Shown: positions 52,428 through 62,800 of the stretch, one piece after another
Numbering within the stretch: position 1 is the stretch's first letter
Layout of the letters: each line of letters starts with the position of its first letter
Source of the DNA: an uncultured Gammaproteobacteria bacterium
GTDB taxonomy: Bacteria > Pseudomonadota > Gammaproteobacteria > UBA9214
Assembly: GCA_963748215.1 (NCBI GenBank)
Contig: CAVVHS010000005.1
Coordinates: 192,001 to 256,000, forward strand
Direction: 5' to 3'
DNA length: 64,000 nt
Position numbers and translations under genes: made by a program
The notes under the pieces: generated by a model
What the model was told of the DNA's origin: nothing
The model's database searches: none
What the model saw: only the letters and a program-made list of their open reading frames with translations

Positions 52428-52641
52428 CGATTAGCCACAGTTGCAGGAGCGGACCGCGTCCGCGAATGTCATGCCACCGATGTTCGCGCTTGTACCCGAT
52501 AAAGCGCCGGGCATAAACGAAGCGCTCCTGCACGATTAGCAAGGCCCGCAGGAATGCATAATCACATGTCCTTGGCTCAGAGACGAAAACAGACTATTAC
52601 CCTGTGTCCTCCATACCCTCTGCGGCAATGCCTTGCCGATT

Positions 52642-52681
52642 CTTGGCGCCTTTGCGCCTTTGCGTCTTTGCGTCTTTGCGC
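52642..52681. repeat. 5 x 8-bp tandem repeat ctt(t/g)gcg(c/t)
   Basis: cttggcgc ctttgcgc ctttgcgt ctttgcgt ctttgcgc. Confidence 0.85.
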
Positions 52682-52685
52682 GGGC

Positions 52686-53663
52686 CTACACTTCCAGCGC
52701 CGCCGCGAACTCCGCCACGATCTCCGCCGCGGGCCGTACCGCGTGAATGCCCTGCACGCTCTTGCCGGCCTGGTAGATATCCTTGTAACCCATGCTCCTG
52801 AGCGACGACTGCTTCAGCTTCCAGATCGACTGCAGGGAGTACAGCGTGCGCATCCAGTGCTTGGTGCGACGGCCACGCAGCAACAGCTTCGCCAGCGGAC
52901 CGGCGTGTACGCCCATCTGCTCGATCCACGGCGTGCGGATGATCGATACCGGCACGCCGGTGATCTTTTCCGACAACACGATATCCTGCTCGCCGGCAGC
53001 CACGATGGCCTGCTTGTAATCGTCATGTGCCGTGCACTCGCGGCTGGCAATGAAGCGCGTACCGAGCTGCGCCCCGGCATAGCCCATGCGCAGTGCCTGT
53101 GCGAACTGCTCGGGCGTGCCGATACCGCCGGCGCACACCAGCGGCTTGCCGAGCGGACCGATCTCGTCCACTAACTGCTGCGCCGACAGGGTACCGGCAT
53201 GCCCGCCGGCGCGGTCGTTCACGCAGATGAACCCGTCGACGCCACCGTCCAGCGCCTTCTCCGCCCAGTGACGCGCCGTGACGTCGTGGTAGACGGTAAC
53301 CCCGGCCGCACTGGCGCGCTCGACCACCCAGTTCGGGTTGCCTAGCGCCGTCACCAGGAACGACACGCCCTCCTCCAGCGCGACATCCAGCCACTGGTGC
53401 ACGCGCTGAAGGTATTTTTTCGAACTGCGCTCGATGATCAGGTTCACGCCGATGGGCCGGTCGGTCAGGCCGCGTATATAACGCAGACCGGCACGGAATT
53501 CATGGCCGTGCACGTAGCTCAGGCTGAGTGGCTGCACAATGCCGATGCCACCGGCCGCGGACACTGCCGCCACCAGCTCGGGGTTGGAACAGGGGTACAT
53601 GGCACCACAGATCAGCGGCACCCGGATACCGAGCGTATCGGTCAGCGCAGTATGCAGTGTCAC
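52686..53663 (-). CDS. Nitronate monooxygenase/FabK-like flavin oxidoreductase
   Basis: AVSAAGGIG, AGGH, AGGIG, QLGTRFIAS and QAG motifs. Confidence 0.85.
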   Translation of the reverse strand: MTLHTALTDTLGIRVPLICGAMYPCSNPELVAAVSAAGGIGIVQPLSLSYVHGHEFRAGLRYIRGLTDRPIGVNLIIERSSKKYLQRVHQWLDVALEEGVSFLVTALGNPNWVVERASAAGVTVYHDVTARHWAEKALDGGVDGFICVNDRAGGHAGTLSAQQLVDEIGPLGKPLVCAGGIGTPEQFAQALRMGYAGAQLGTRFIASRECTAHDDYKQAIVAAGEQDIVLSEKITGVPVSIIRTPWIEQMGVHAGPLAKLLLRGRRTKHWMRTLYSLQSIWKLKQSSLRSMGYKDIYQAGKSVQGIHAVRPAAEIVAEFAAALEV

Positions 53664-54148
53664 GCGTCCGGCTCCGGGCCGATCAGCCAGCGCGCGGTGA
53701 CAACGGCTACGACTTCGTCCTCCAAATCGCGGATCTCCCCGGACAGCTCATAGTCCTGCCTGCTGTTGTCGGGCGGTATCGCGCAACGGCACTCGGCGCG
53801 CAACCGGCCACGCGCCTTCTTCAGGTAATTGATGCGGTAACCGGTGAGAATGCCGCGCGCACCCTCCGGCAGGCTGTTCATCAGTGCCAGCCCGGTGGTC
53901 AGCTCGCCGAGATTGGCCAGCGCCATGGCATGCACGGAATGCAGGTGATTACGCACCCGTCGGCGCTCGTCCAGCAACACGACACAACGGCCGGGCTCGA
54001 GTACCTGCACGCGCGCTGCCAGCGTCCCGGTGTACGGGACAGTATGGCCAAGGGCCTTGCTGAACAGCCATTTGCCGCCGGGCTTGCCGGACAGCAGCTG
54101 CCAGCGCCGGCGCAACGCGGGTCCGATCGAACGGGACATGGTTTTCAC
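53660..54148 (-). CDS. Hotdog-fold (PaaI/DUF4442-like) protein
   Basis: PYTGT, RNHLHSVHA and YLKKARG motifs. Confidence 0.8.
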   Translation of the reverse strand: MKTMSRSIGPALRRRWQLLSGKPGGKWLFSKALGHTVPYTGTLAARVQVLEPGRCVVLLDERRRVRNHLHSVHAMALANLGELTTGLALMNSLPEGARGILTGYRINYLKKARGRLRAECRCAIPPDNSRQDYELSGEIRDLEDEVVAVVTARWLIGPEPDA

Positions 54149-54555
54149 CCCTGCTGCGAGCTGTCATCTTCATGTTTAACGCCGACTCGCCGTGCTGTCC
54201 ACCATTTCCGCAGCAGCCAGCCATAGATAATGGCATTGATGGCGATCACCACGGCGGCCAGCACCAGCTGGATGTCGGGGGTCAGCCCCGCCGGGTAGAT
54301 CAGCGGTAACAGGTAGTACGGGATAAAACCGCCGCTGTAGCCGGCCTCGCCGGCGGCCAGCCGCAGCTGCTGTTCCCAGGGAGTGAGCGGACAGGGCCAG
54401 TGATACAACTCCAGCAGTACTGCCCACAAGACGGCCGGCACATGCAGGAACGCGACACGCGGCCAGTGGAACACCGGCAGGCCGCCAAACAGCACGAAGC
54501 CGATAAATGCGAAATGCACAATGACCAGCGCGTCGGCGGTAAACCGGTACAGCAC
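54145..54555 (-). CDS. DUF2784-type membrane protein
   Basis: H..F..FV..G, CPLTPWE and GGFI..Y..P.IYP motifs. Confidence 0.8.
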   Translation of the reverse strand: MLYRFTADALVIVHFAFIGFVLFGGLPVFHWPRVAFLHVPAVLWAVLLELYHWPCPLTPWEQQLRLAAGEAGYSGGFIPYYLLPLIYPAGLTPDIQLVLAAVVIAINAIIYGWLLRKWWTARRVGVKHEDDSSQQG

Positions 54556-54626
54556 AGCGACTGTTTCCGCGCCGTACTACCTGCCCGCGCGCCCGCTGCA
54601 CGCACGCCGGCGGTGGATACCTGTCA

Positions 54627-55031
54627 TCAGTCAGGGCGGAACGCGTAGCGGCCGCTGCCGAGGAACAGGATGGCGAGACCGCCGAACAGGTAGAACATCT
54701 GCAGCTCGAGCCCGTATCCGCCGTGGTCGGTCAGGCTGAACAGGTCGCCCGTATGCATCAGGCCGATAGCAAACAGCATGTTGACGACGATCGCCAGCCC
54801 GCTCAGGCGCGCAAACACCCCGGCGATCAGCAGCAGCGGCGCAACGATTTCCCCGACGTACACACCATAGGCAATGACATCGGGCAGGCCCGATGCCGTG
54901 AGCTGGCCGGTAATGAAATCGAGCGAACCTTCCGAGGTAATCTTGGACAAGCCGTGAAACAGCATCAGGATACCGACCGTCAGCCGCACTATAAGTTTGC
55001 CTACCGCATCACTCTTGTTGAGATCTAACAT
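54627..55031 (-). CDS. DoxX-family membrane protein
   Basis: RLTVGILMLFHG..K, G..LE and GSGRY motifs. Confidence 0.85.
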   Translation of the reverse strand: MLDLNKSDAVGKLIVRLTVGILMLFHGLSKITSEGSLDFITGQLTASGLPDVIAYGVYVGEIVAPLLLIAGVFARLSGLAIVVNMLFAIGLMHTGDLFSLTDHGGYGLELQMFYLFGGLAILFLGSGRYAFRPD

Positions 55032-55213
55032 GCTGCCCCCTGTCCTGTTGATTCACTGACCGAAGCATCTAACGTGCCTGTTGCACCGGTCGACCGCGAG
55101 TCGGTGTCGCCGGATCAAACGGACATACACCCGTCAGCCGATCCGGTATCTGCACATCAACCCGTGCCCCCCCGCCCCGCGGGCTGGCGGCTCAACTATA
55201 ACAGTCCCGGGAG

Positions 55214-56071
55214 TCATTTATCACGTATTTGCTGGCGCCGGTTGCCTGCAAAAAATACCAGCGCCCAGCCCGTCGCCGCCGTCCAGCAGATGGCCAGGGC
55301 AAGCAGATCGTGGCTCAGGAAGTGTGCGCCGCGGATTTCCTGTGTGGCGGCGAACAGGCCACCCAGCAGCAGCGGGAACAGCAGTGCCAGGACACGGTAG
55401 CGGCTGCCCGCGGCCAGCAGCGCGAAATACACGCCGAACCACGCAAAGCCGCCACTGGCATGGCCGCCGGGGAATGCATGCCCGGGCAGACTGCCCGGCG
55501 GCGCGCTGTCGAAGATGCGGATGTAGGGCATGTCGCCGCCGAACTGGACCAGGCTCCATGGCGTATAGATATGCGTCGTGCTTTTCAGCAGGCTGACGAT
55601 TGCCGGTCCGGTTATGCCGGCAATCAGCACGAACAACAGGACCTTGCGGTACGGTGCAAGCGCGCCGACGCAGCAACTGGCGATCAACATCACGAAATCC
55701 GCCACCGCCAGCAGCACGGCAAGCTCACGCCCCCAGGTATGCAGCAAGGTGCTGGTGAGAAACAGAGACCGGTACGGCCAGCTGCCCGTGACCGGATCGA
55801 ACACCAGGCCCGCCAGGTACAGGTCAAGCCCGGAATACTCGCTGGTTATCGCCAGCAGCGTCACTGTGACGCTCACCAGCAGCGCCTTCATCCATTGCCG
55901 GCTGGTCAGCGGTCCGGGTTGCCAGACCGGGACACGACCGGCCGGGCCAGATGTCCCCGCCTGCCGCTCGGCACGCGCAGACCGCCCGTCACGGCGCCAC
56001 CGCAGGCGCGCCGGCCAGCGGAGCGAGGATGTCCCGGCACTGGCGTCCGTCAGGTCTGATGGTGTCTGCAT
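55214..56071 (-). CDS. PAP2-family phosphatase-like membrane protein (start uncertain)
   Basis: LKS...PW, FPGGHASGG and RGAHFLSHDL motifs. Confidence 0.8.
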   Translation of the reverse strand: MQTPSDLTDASAGTSSLRWPARLRWRRDGRSARAERQAGTSGPAGRVPVWQPGPLTSRQWMKALLVSVTVTLLAITSEYSGLDLYLAGLVFDPVTGSWPYRSLFLTSTLLHTWGRELAVLLAVADFVMLIASCCVGALAPYRKVLLFVLIAGITGPAIVSLLKSTTHIYTPWSLVQFGGDMPYIRIFDSAPPGSLPGHAFPGGHASGGFAWFGVYFALLAAGSRYRVLALLFPLLLGGLFAATQEIRGAHFLSHDLLALAICWTAATGWALVFFAGNRRQQIRDK

Positions 56072-56467
56072 GGACCTTAGATAGCGCATACACCTTAAAC
56101 CACGCTTAACGGGGCCAGGGCCGGGTCTCGCCCTGCGCAGCCGTTCACAGTTTCGTACATCAGCGACCAGCAACCTGGCGATGACATCCATTCAGCCTCA
56201 AGTAACGTAACCCGGGCGTCGTTATATTAGCAGTTGCTTATTTTTTAACTTTTTAACTTACTAACATTGTGGGTTTTTACCCGGGAGATACACCATGTAC
56301 TGGGATTCACTGACGGCAACCGGCGTGTTTATTTCGCTGCTGATGGCGATAAGCATGATTTATCTGATCATCCGCGACCAGCCGGGCGCACCCCGCGGCT
56401 GATCCGGCAGCGGCACGCGACGCCCCTCTGTATCGCCCCGTCGTACCTTGCGGCGGGGCGATTTGCT

Positions 56468-56806
56468 TCACCCGGCATCACCGTTGCGGTTGACGTTCTC
56501 CCGGTCGAGATCCCCCTGTACCCGCTCGACGGTGTCGACGATGTCCAGGAAGCGCCGGCCAAATTCAGTGAACAGGTACTCGACCCGCGGCGGAGATTCG
56601 GGATACACGACTTTATCGACGATACCGAAACGCAGCAGCTTGTTCAGGCGTTCGTTCAGCACTTTCGTCGTCAGCCCGTCGACCTGACGCTGCATGGCGC
56701 CGGGCCGGTTAATGCCATTTCGGATCAGGTGTATCACCGACAGTGACCACTTGCAGCCGATAATCGACTCGACCATTCGCGCGACGTTTTTGTCCGACTT
56801 GTCCAT
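56468..56806 (-). CDS. HxlR/DUF24 winged-helix regulator
   Basis: IIGCKWS, KVLNERL and PPRVEY..TEFG motifs. Confidence 0.88.
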   Translation of the reverse strand: MDKSDKNVARMVESIIGCKWSLSVIHLIRNGINRPGAMQRQVDGLTTKVLNERLNKLLRFGIVDKVVYPESPPRVEYLFTEFGRRFLDIVDTVERVQGDLDRENVNRNGDAG

Positions 56807-56956
56807 AAATAGTTTGCCCCGCCACTCAGCATCTTGCACCGAAAAGTACCTGATGAACCATTTTGTGCGTACTGTTTTTCCACTCCTCATTCGACTGTAA
56901 TCAAGCCATGCCTGATGTGCAACGCAGGCTGGAACCAGTTATTTCAGGAGGCACAC

Positions 56957-57430
56957 ATGTTATCAGCCCTGTACAAGACAACGCTTGCCGCTGCCCTGCT
57001 GCTGACCGGCACTATCACAACCGCTGCCGGTTATCCGGAAGACTATCGCAGCTGGACGCATGTCAAGACACTGACCCTGCACGCCGGGCATCCGCTGGAA
57101 GTTCCCTTCAAGGGGATCCACCATGTCTACGCCAATCCGGCTGCGCTGGAAGGGCTGAGGAGCGGCAGCTACCCGGACGGTGCCGTACTGGTGTTCGATC
57201 TGCTGGAAGCGGTCAGCGCTGACCATGCCACGGCGGAAGGCAAGCGCATCCTGCTTGGCGTGATGGAAAAGAACCGCTCGCAACACACCGCCACGGGCGG
57301 CTGGGATTTCGACGCCTGGGCCGGCGACAGTCACAGCGAACGACTGGTGAAGGATGACGGCCAGTCCTGCTTTGCCTGTCATACGTCGCAGCAGGACAAC
57401 GATTACGTGTTCAGCACCTGGCGGGATTAA
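56957..57430 (+). CDS. Cytochrome P460-family protein, probably cytochrome c'-beta
   Basis: Signal peptide; YRSW, HHVYAN, YPDGAVLVF, TGGW and C-terminal CFACH. Confidence 0.8.
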   Translation: MLSALYKTTLAAALLLTGTITTAAGYPEDYRSWTHVKTLTLHAGHPLEVPFKGIHHVYANPAALEGLRSGSYPDGAVLVFDLLEAVSADHATAEGKRILLGVMEKNRSQHTATGGWDFDAWAGDSHSERLVKDDGQSCFACHTSQQDNDYVFSTWRD

Positions 57431-57453
57431 CAGGACGCCTGGCGCGTGCGCGA

Positions 57454-58902
57454 TCAGTCGGTACTGGTACCGCCGACGGTGAGGTCGTCGATAAGCATGG
57501 TCGGCTGACCGACCCCGACCGGGACGCTCTGGCCCTCCTTGCCACAGGTACCGACGCCGGGATCGAGCTGCAGGTCGTTGCCGAGCATGGAGACGCGCTT
57601 GAGCACATCCGGGCCGTTGCCGATCAGGGTCGCGCCCTTCACCGGCCGGGTGACCTGGCCGTTCTCGATCAGGTAGGCCTCGCTGGCGCTGAACACGAAC
57701 TTGCCCGAGGTGATGTCCACCTGGCCACCGCCAAAGTTGACGGCATAGAGCCCTTTCTTCACGGATCGGATGATGTCCTGCGGCTCGCTGTCGCCGGCCA
57801 GCATGTAGGTGTTGGTCATACGCGGCATCGGCAGGTGCGCGTAGGATTCGCGCCGTCCATTGCCGGTCGGCACCACACCCATCAGTCCGGCGTTCATGCG
57901 GTCCTGCATGTAGCCCTTGAGGATGCCTTTTTCGATGAGCACGGTGTTCTGTCCCGGCGTGCCCTCGTCGTCGACGTTGAGCGAACCGCGGCGGCCGGCG
58001 AGTGTGCCGTCGTCGACCACGGTGCACAGCGTTGATGCCACCTGCTGGCCGAGCCGCCCGGCGAACGCCGAGGTGCCCTTGCGGTTGAAGTCGCCTTCCA
58101 GGCCGTGCCCGATCGCCTCGTGCAGCAGGATGCCGGGCCAGCCCGGCCCCAGCACCACCGGCATGGCGCCGGCCGGCGCAGCGACGGCCTCGAGGTTGAC
58201 CAGTGCCTGGCGCACCGCCTCGCGCGCGTAGCCCGCGGCCCGCTGCTCGTCGATAAAGAAACTGTAATCACTGCGTCCGCCACCGCCGGCACTGCCCTGT
58301 TCGCGGCGCCCGCCCTGCTCGACAATGGCAGTGACGTTGCAGCGCACCAGCGGCCGCACGTCGGCAGCCAGCGTGCCGTCGCTGACGGCGACCAGCATCA
58401 CCTCGTGCACCCCCGCCAGGCTGACCACGACCTCCTTGACCCGCGGGTCCTGGCGGCGTGCCTCGGCATCGAGTTGCCGCAACAGCGCCACCTTGTCGTC
58501 CGACGACATGCGGTCGATCGGGTCGATGGCCGGGTACAGCAGATTATCCCCGCGCGCATGCCAGGCCTGCAGCCGGCCGGCCTGGCCCCGGCCAGCGATG
58601 GCGCGCGCCGCGGTCGATGCCTGCAGCAGGGCCGGCATGACGATTTCGTCGGAATACGCAAAACCGGTCCTGTCGCCGCTGATGGCGCGCACGCCGGCGC
58701 CCTGCTCGATACTGTGGCTGCCTTCCTTGACGATGCCGTCTTCCAGCACCCACGATTCAAAACGCGTCGACTGGAAGTACAGATCGCCGCCGTCCACCGC
58801 GTGGCCAAGCAGCCGCCCGAACACCGACTCCAGATCGCCGTCGTCGATGCCGGCGGGTGCCAGCAGCCGCTGTCGGGCTATGTCGAGACTGGTATCAGGC
58901 AC
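57454..58902 (-). CDS. tldD: Metalloprotease TldD
   Basis: [17 protein letters not shown] and CGKEGQ motifs. Confidence 0.97.
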   Translation of the reverse strand: MPDTSLDIARQRLLAPAGIDDGDLESVFGRLLGHAVDGGDLYFQSTRFESWVLEDGIVKEGSHSIEQGAGVRAISGDRTGFAYSDEIVMPALLQASTAARAIAGRGQAGRLQAWHARGDNLLYPAIDPIDRMSSDDKVALLRQLDAEARRQDPRVKEVVVSLAGVHEVMLVAVSDGTLAADVRPLVRCNVTAIVEQGGRREQGSAGGGGRSDYSFFIDEQRAAGYAREAVRQALVNLEAVAAPAGAMPVVLGPGWPGILLHEAIGHGLEGDFNRKGTSAFAGRLGQQVASTLCTVVDDGTLAGRRGSLNVDDEGTPGQNTVLIEKGILKGYMQDRMNAGLMGVVPTGNGRRESYAHLPMPRMTNTYMLAGDSEPQDIIRSVKKGLYAVNFGGGQVDITSGKFVFSASEAYLIENGQVTRPVKGATLIGNGPDVLKRVSMLGNDLQLDPGVGTCGKEGQSVPVGVGQPTMLIDDLTVGGTSTD

Positions 58903-59722
58903 GGTTGAGACACTGCAGGCGGCGGTGGGCGATACTGGGGAAATTGCGCCGTGCGCTGTTCAGCCGCCCCAGGTCGACATCGGCGCACACCACGCCGGGG
59001 CCGCGCGCGAGGCTGTTCAGCACCGTGCCCCACGGATCCACGATCATGCTGTGGCCAAAGGTTTCGCGGCCGTTCAGGTGATAGCCGCCCTGGTCCGGCG
59101 CGATCACGTAGCACAGGTTCTCGATGGCACGCGCGCGCACCAGCACCTCCCAGTGTGCACGTCCCGTAATGGCAGTGAAAGCCGAGGGCAAGACGAGGAT
59201 TTCCAGCCCCGCCTCGAGCTGCTGGCGAAACAGTTCCGGGAAACGCAGGTCGTAGCAGACCGCGACACCCATGCGCCCGAACGGGCTGTCGATGACCACC
59301 ACCTCGTTGCCAGGCTCGATGGTATCCGATTCGGTGTACTGTTCACCGCTGTCGACCAGCGCCACGTCGAACAGGTGGATCTTGTCGTAGCGTGCCACCT
59401 GCCTGCCCTTGTCGTCGAACACCAGGCAGGACGCGCGCACCTTGTTGTCCGCCTCGGCCACCAGTGGAATGGTTCCGCCGACCAGCCAGATGCCATGGTG
59501 CGCCGCCTGCTCGGCCAGGAAGGCCTGGATGGCGCCGCTGCCGGCGGTTTCGCGGGCCTTCACCTTGTCATGCTCGGACTTGCCCATCAGGGCGAAATTC
59601 TCCGGCAATACCACCAGCTGCGCATGCTGGCTGACGGCCTCGCCTATCAGGCGCTCGGCCTCCAGCAGGTTGGCGCCGATGTTCGGGCTCGAGGCCATTT
59701 GTACGCAGGCAACCACACTCAT
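58895..59722 (-). CDS. Carbon-nitrogen hydrolase (Nit1-like)
   Basis: [21 protein letters not shown] and ARAIEN motifs. Confidence 0.93.
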   Translation of the reverse strand: MSVVACVQMASSPNIGANLLEAERLIGEAVSQHAQLVVLPENFALMGKSEHDKVKARETAGSGAIQAFLAEQAAHHGIWLVGGTIPLVAEADNKVRASCLVFDDKGRQVARYDKIHLFDVALVDSGEQYTESDTIEPGNEVVVIDSPFGRMGVAVCYDLRFPELFRQQLEAGLEILVLPSAFTAITGRAHWEVLVRARAIENLCYVIAPDQGGYHLNGRETFGHSMIVDPWGTVLNSLARGPGVVCADVDLGRLNSARRNFPSIAHRRLQCLNRA

Positions 59723-59805
59723 GGAATCATGTCATCCTTCACTATTCAGCAGCTTACAGAGAATAACACAGAAAACAGCTGGCGCAGTGCGCCGCGCTGA
59801 TCGTG

Positions 59806-62800
59806 CTAGCGGAAAAATTCATCGGCGCCCATGGCGGGGTCCGGTGGTCGCTCCTGTTCCGGTTCGGGCACGTTCAGTTGCTTCACGACCGGGTTGGCCC
59901 AGGGTCCCGTCACCTCGTACTGCTTGCGTGCGAGCTCGTTCAGCCGAAAGGCATCTTCCAGCAGTTTTCCGGCGACGATCACCACCGCGCCGACCGCGGG
60001 CCCGCCGGCCAGCGCGCCGGCCAGCGGCAGGCTGGAATTGAGGTACGGCGTCACGGTGACCAGCTCGTCGTAGTCCTGCGCCACCAGTCCGACCCGACCG
60101 GAAATCTCGATCTTCGCGGCCGGGCCATCGATCACCATCTTCTCGGTATAGGCATTGCCGTTATCCAGCACGAACTCGGCCCCGATACGATCGAAGCTGA
60201 GACCCTCGCCGAACAGGTCGGTGAAATCCAGCGTCAAACGCCTGGGCAGCTTGGCCAGGCTCAGCAAGCCGAGCGCCCGCCCTGTCGCGCCGGGCTCGAC
60301 CTCCAGTAACTGGCCATCCTTGATAACGATATCGAAGCGGCCATCGATGATCTCCGTCCTGAGATCCCACGGAGCACCGCTCCAGCTTGCCTTGAGCTGG
60401 CCGGTCGGATGTCCGTCTTTCATGAGCTTCTGGTATCCCAGCGCATCGAGCAGCGCCCCCACGTTGCCACCCGTCACCGCGATCTCGGCATGACTGATCT
60501 GTTCAGCGCCTGCCTGACGCCAGTCACCGCTGGTCTGCAGGGTCAGCATGGGTGACGACAGTGCCAGCTGTTCGATGCGGTAAATACCACCGGGCTGCCT
60601 GCGCGCCTGCAATTCCAGCTTGCCGAAATCAATGTCTTTGAAGAACAGTTGCCGAATCTTGATGCTCAGCGCGGGAAACCCGGCCGGTTGCGGCGGGGGT
60701 TCGGCCTGCGGCTTGGCATCGGCGACGGGTTCGAGCACGAGCCGCTGCATGTCCATCCCGATCGTATCGATGCTGCCTGCACTTCGCGTCACCCGCAGTT
60801 CGCCCTCCGCCGACGGACCGATGGTCTTGATCGTCCAGCCCGTGCCGGCCTCGACGATATCGAGCCCGGTGTCGTGCAGCCGGAAACCGAACGTTTCGAG
60901 TTCCCTGAGCCTGACCGATACCCGCAGCGGCGGGCCCGCGCCTGTATCACCGCCGGCCATATGCGGCTGCCAGTCCGCCAGCCGGAACCGGTCCAGCTTG
61001 CCGCTGATCAGCAACTGCGGTATTTGCGGTGGCACCGGCGTTTCATCACCCAGCGCGATATTGCCGCGCTGCAGACCGAATCCCTGCGCACCCTGCGTCA
61101 GCACCAGCACCGCATGCAGGGCCTCGCCATACTCCGCCCGCACGTAAGGCTCGCTGCTCCCGAGTGCGGCGATATCGACCGACAGCGGCCGTGACGCCGC
61201 CGCCGGCTTGCCAAACGGCGCCGGCAGGTCGATGGCCAGTCCTTGCAGCGAACTGGTGATGCTCAACCCGACATCGACATTCTTGCCACGCGCCGGTATG
61301 CCCCGCGTCGTAAGCTCCACGCGCCAGACGGGATCGCCGCTGATCACGTCGCGCAACGAAGCCGATTCCGGCAGCACATGATCGAGCAGGCCCAGCTGGC
61401 CTTCCAGGCTGACGTGCGTAACCGGCTTGCCGCGCCCGGTCCAGACCCGCGCGCTGGCGGTCCGCCCGAACAGTGTGGCCTGCAACCCGTCACCGCGGAT
61501 ACCCTGATCGTCGAATTCGAGCCGGCCACGGACATGTTCGAGCGTGATATCGGCGTCCTTCACGGTCAGCGTGTTGTCACGCAGCCCGATCTTGCCGGCC
61601 ACGCTGATCGGCGCTGTGCTTTTATCCAGCGGCACCAGGATATCCAGCGCCAGGTCGGTGTCCCCCGAGGTGACGATGCGATCGACGAAGCCGCCATAGG
61701 TCTCGCCCAGCGGACTGCTGCCGAGTTCCTCCAGCATGACGGGCAATGCACCCTTCACATTGCCCTTGATGCTCAGCCGCGGCCTGGCGATGTCCTTGAT
61801 CTGTGCATGCACCTTGCCCAGCACGGCCGTGCGGATGAGGCCCTTGTGCGAGTTGATGTCCATTTGCCGGCCGGTGAAGTCCACCTGAGCATCCAGTTGC
61901 GTGAGCGGCGACCAGTGTTCGTTGAAATCCAGTGTGGCATCGGTCACCGGCAGGCGCACTTCCAGCCGGCCTTCGCCGTGATCGTAGGGTAACTGGTCCA
62001 GGCGACCCTGGATGATCACGCTGCCGTCACGCACCTTGCCATCAACCAGCGCACGGTCCAGCCATGCCACACCGGTCTTCGACATGATCAGGGCCGGCAG
62101 GAAGTCCCTGGTACTGGCGACGTCGAATTCGCGCACGGCGATTTCCGTATCGGTCTCCACCGGGTCACCGTTCCGTGGCAGGCTCAGGCTGAAGCGGGCA
62201 TCCAGCGCCAGGTGCGGATTGCGGAGCGTCAGCGATTCACTGCCGACCTCCAGCACCCCGTCCGCCATGCGCCAGTACACCTCGCCACCGGCCTGGTCGA
62301 AATGCAAGGCGGCGCGAAACAGGTGTTCGTCATGCAGCACCAGCCCCGTACTGCCGAGTTGCAGGGAGCCGGCCTGTGCATCACCGTTGATGGTACCGTC
62401 CAGGCCGGCGAGATACGGCATGGCACCGGTCTGCAGCATGCCCAGCCCGGTGAAACGTGCGGAAAAGCTATCCATACTGATGACCTCATTCGTGCGTGTG
62501 AAGGCGCACGACAGGTCCTCGATCACGCCGGTCGGCTGCGCGTCCACCAGCATATCGCGCACGGCGGCATCCAGCCCCGGTATCACCGGCAGCAGGCCGG
62601 AGATTTCGTCCAGGTCGACCAGCGCCGCCTCGGCACGCACCTGCACGCTGTCCTCATGATGCAGGCCGGCCAGCGAGAGATTGCCGGTCTGCCATGCCTG
62701 CCGGTCACGCCTTACCTGCAGCTGCTGCAGCACGGCCTGCCAACCCTGTGCAGCCTGCCGCCAGCCGAACTGCGTCTGCACGTTGTCCGCCGCGAATACG

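Noticed and set aside
56267-56746. 159-aa plus-strand ORF
   Set aside because: Mostly antisense to the HxlR gene, with no recognisable motif
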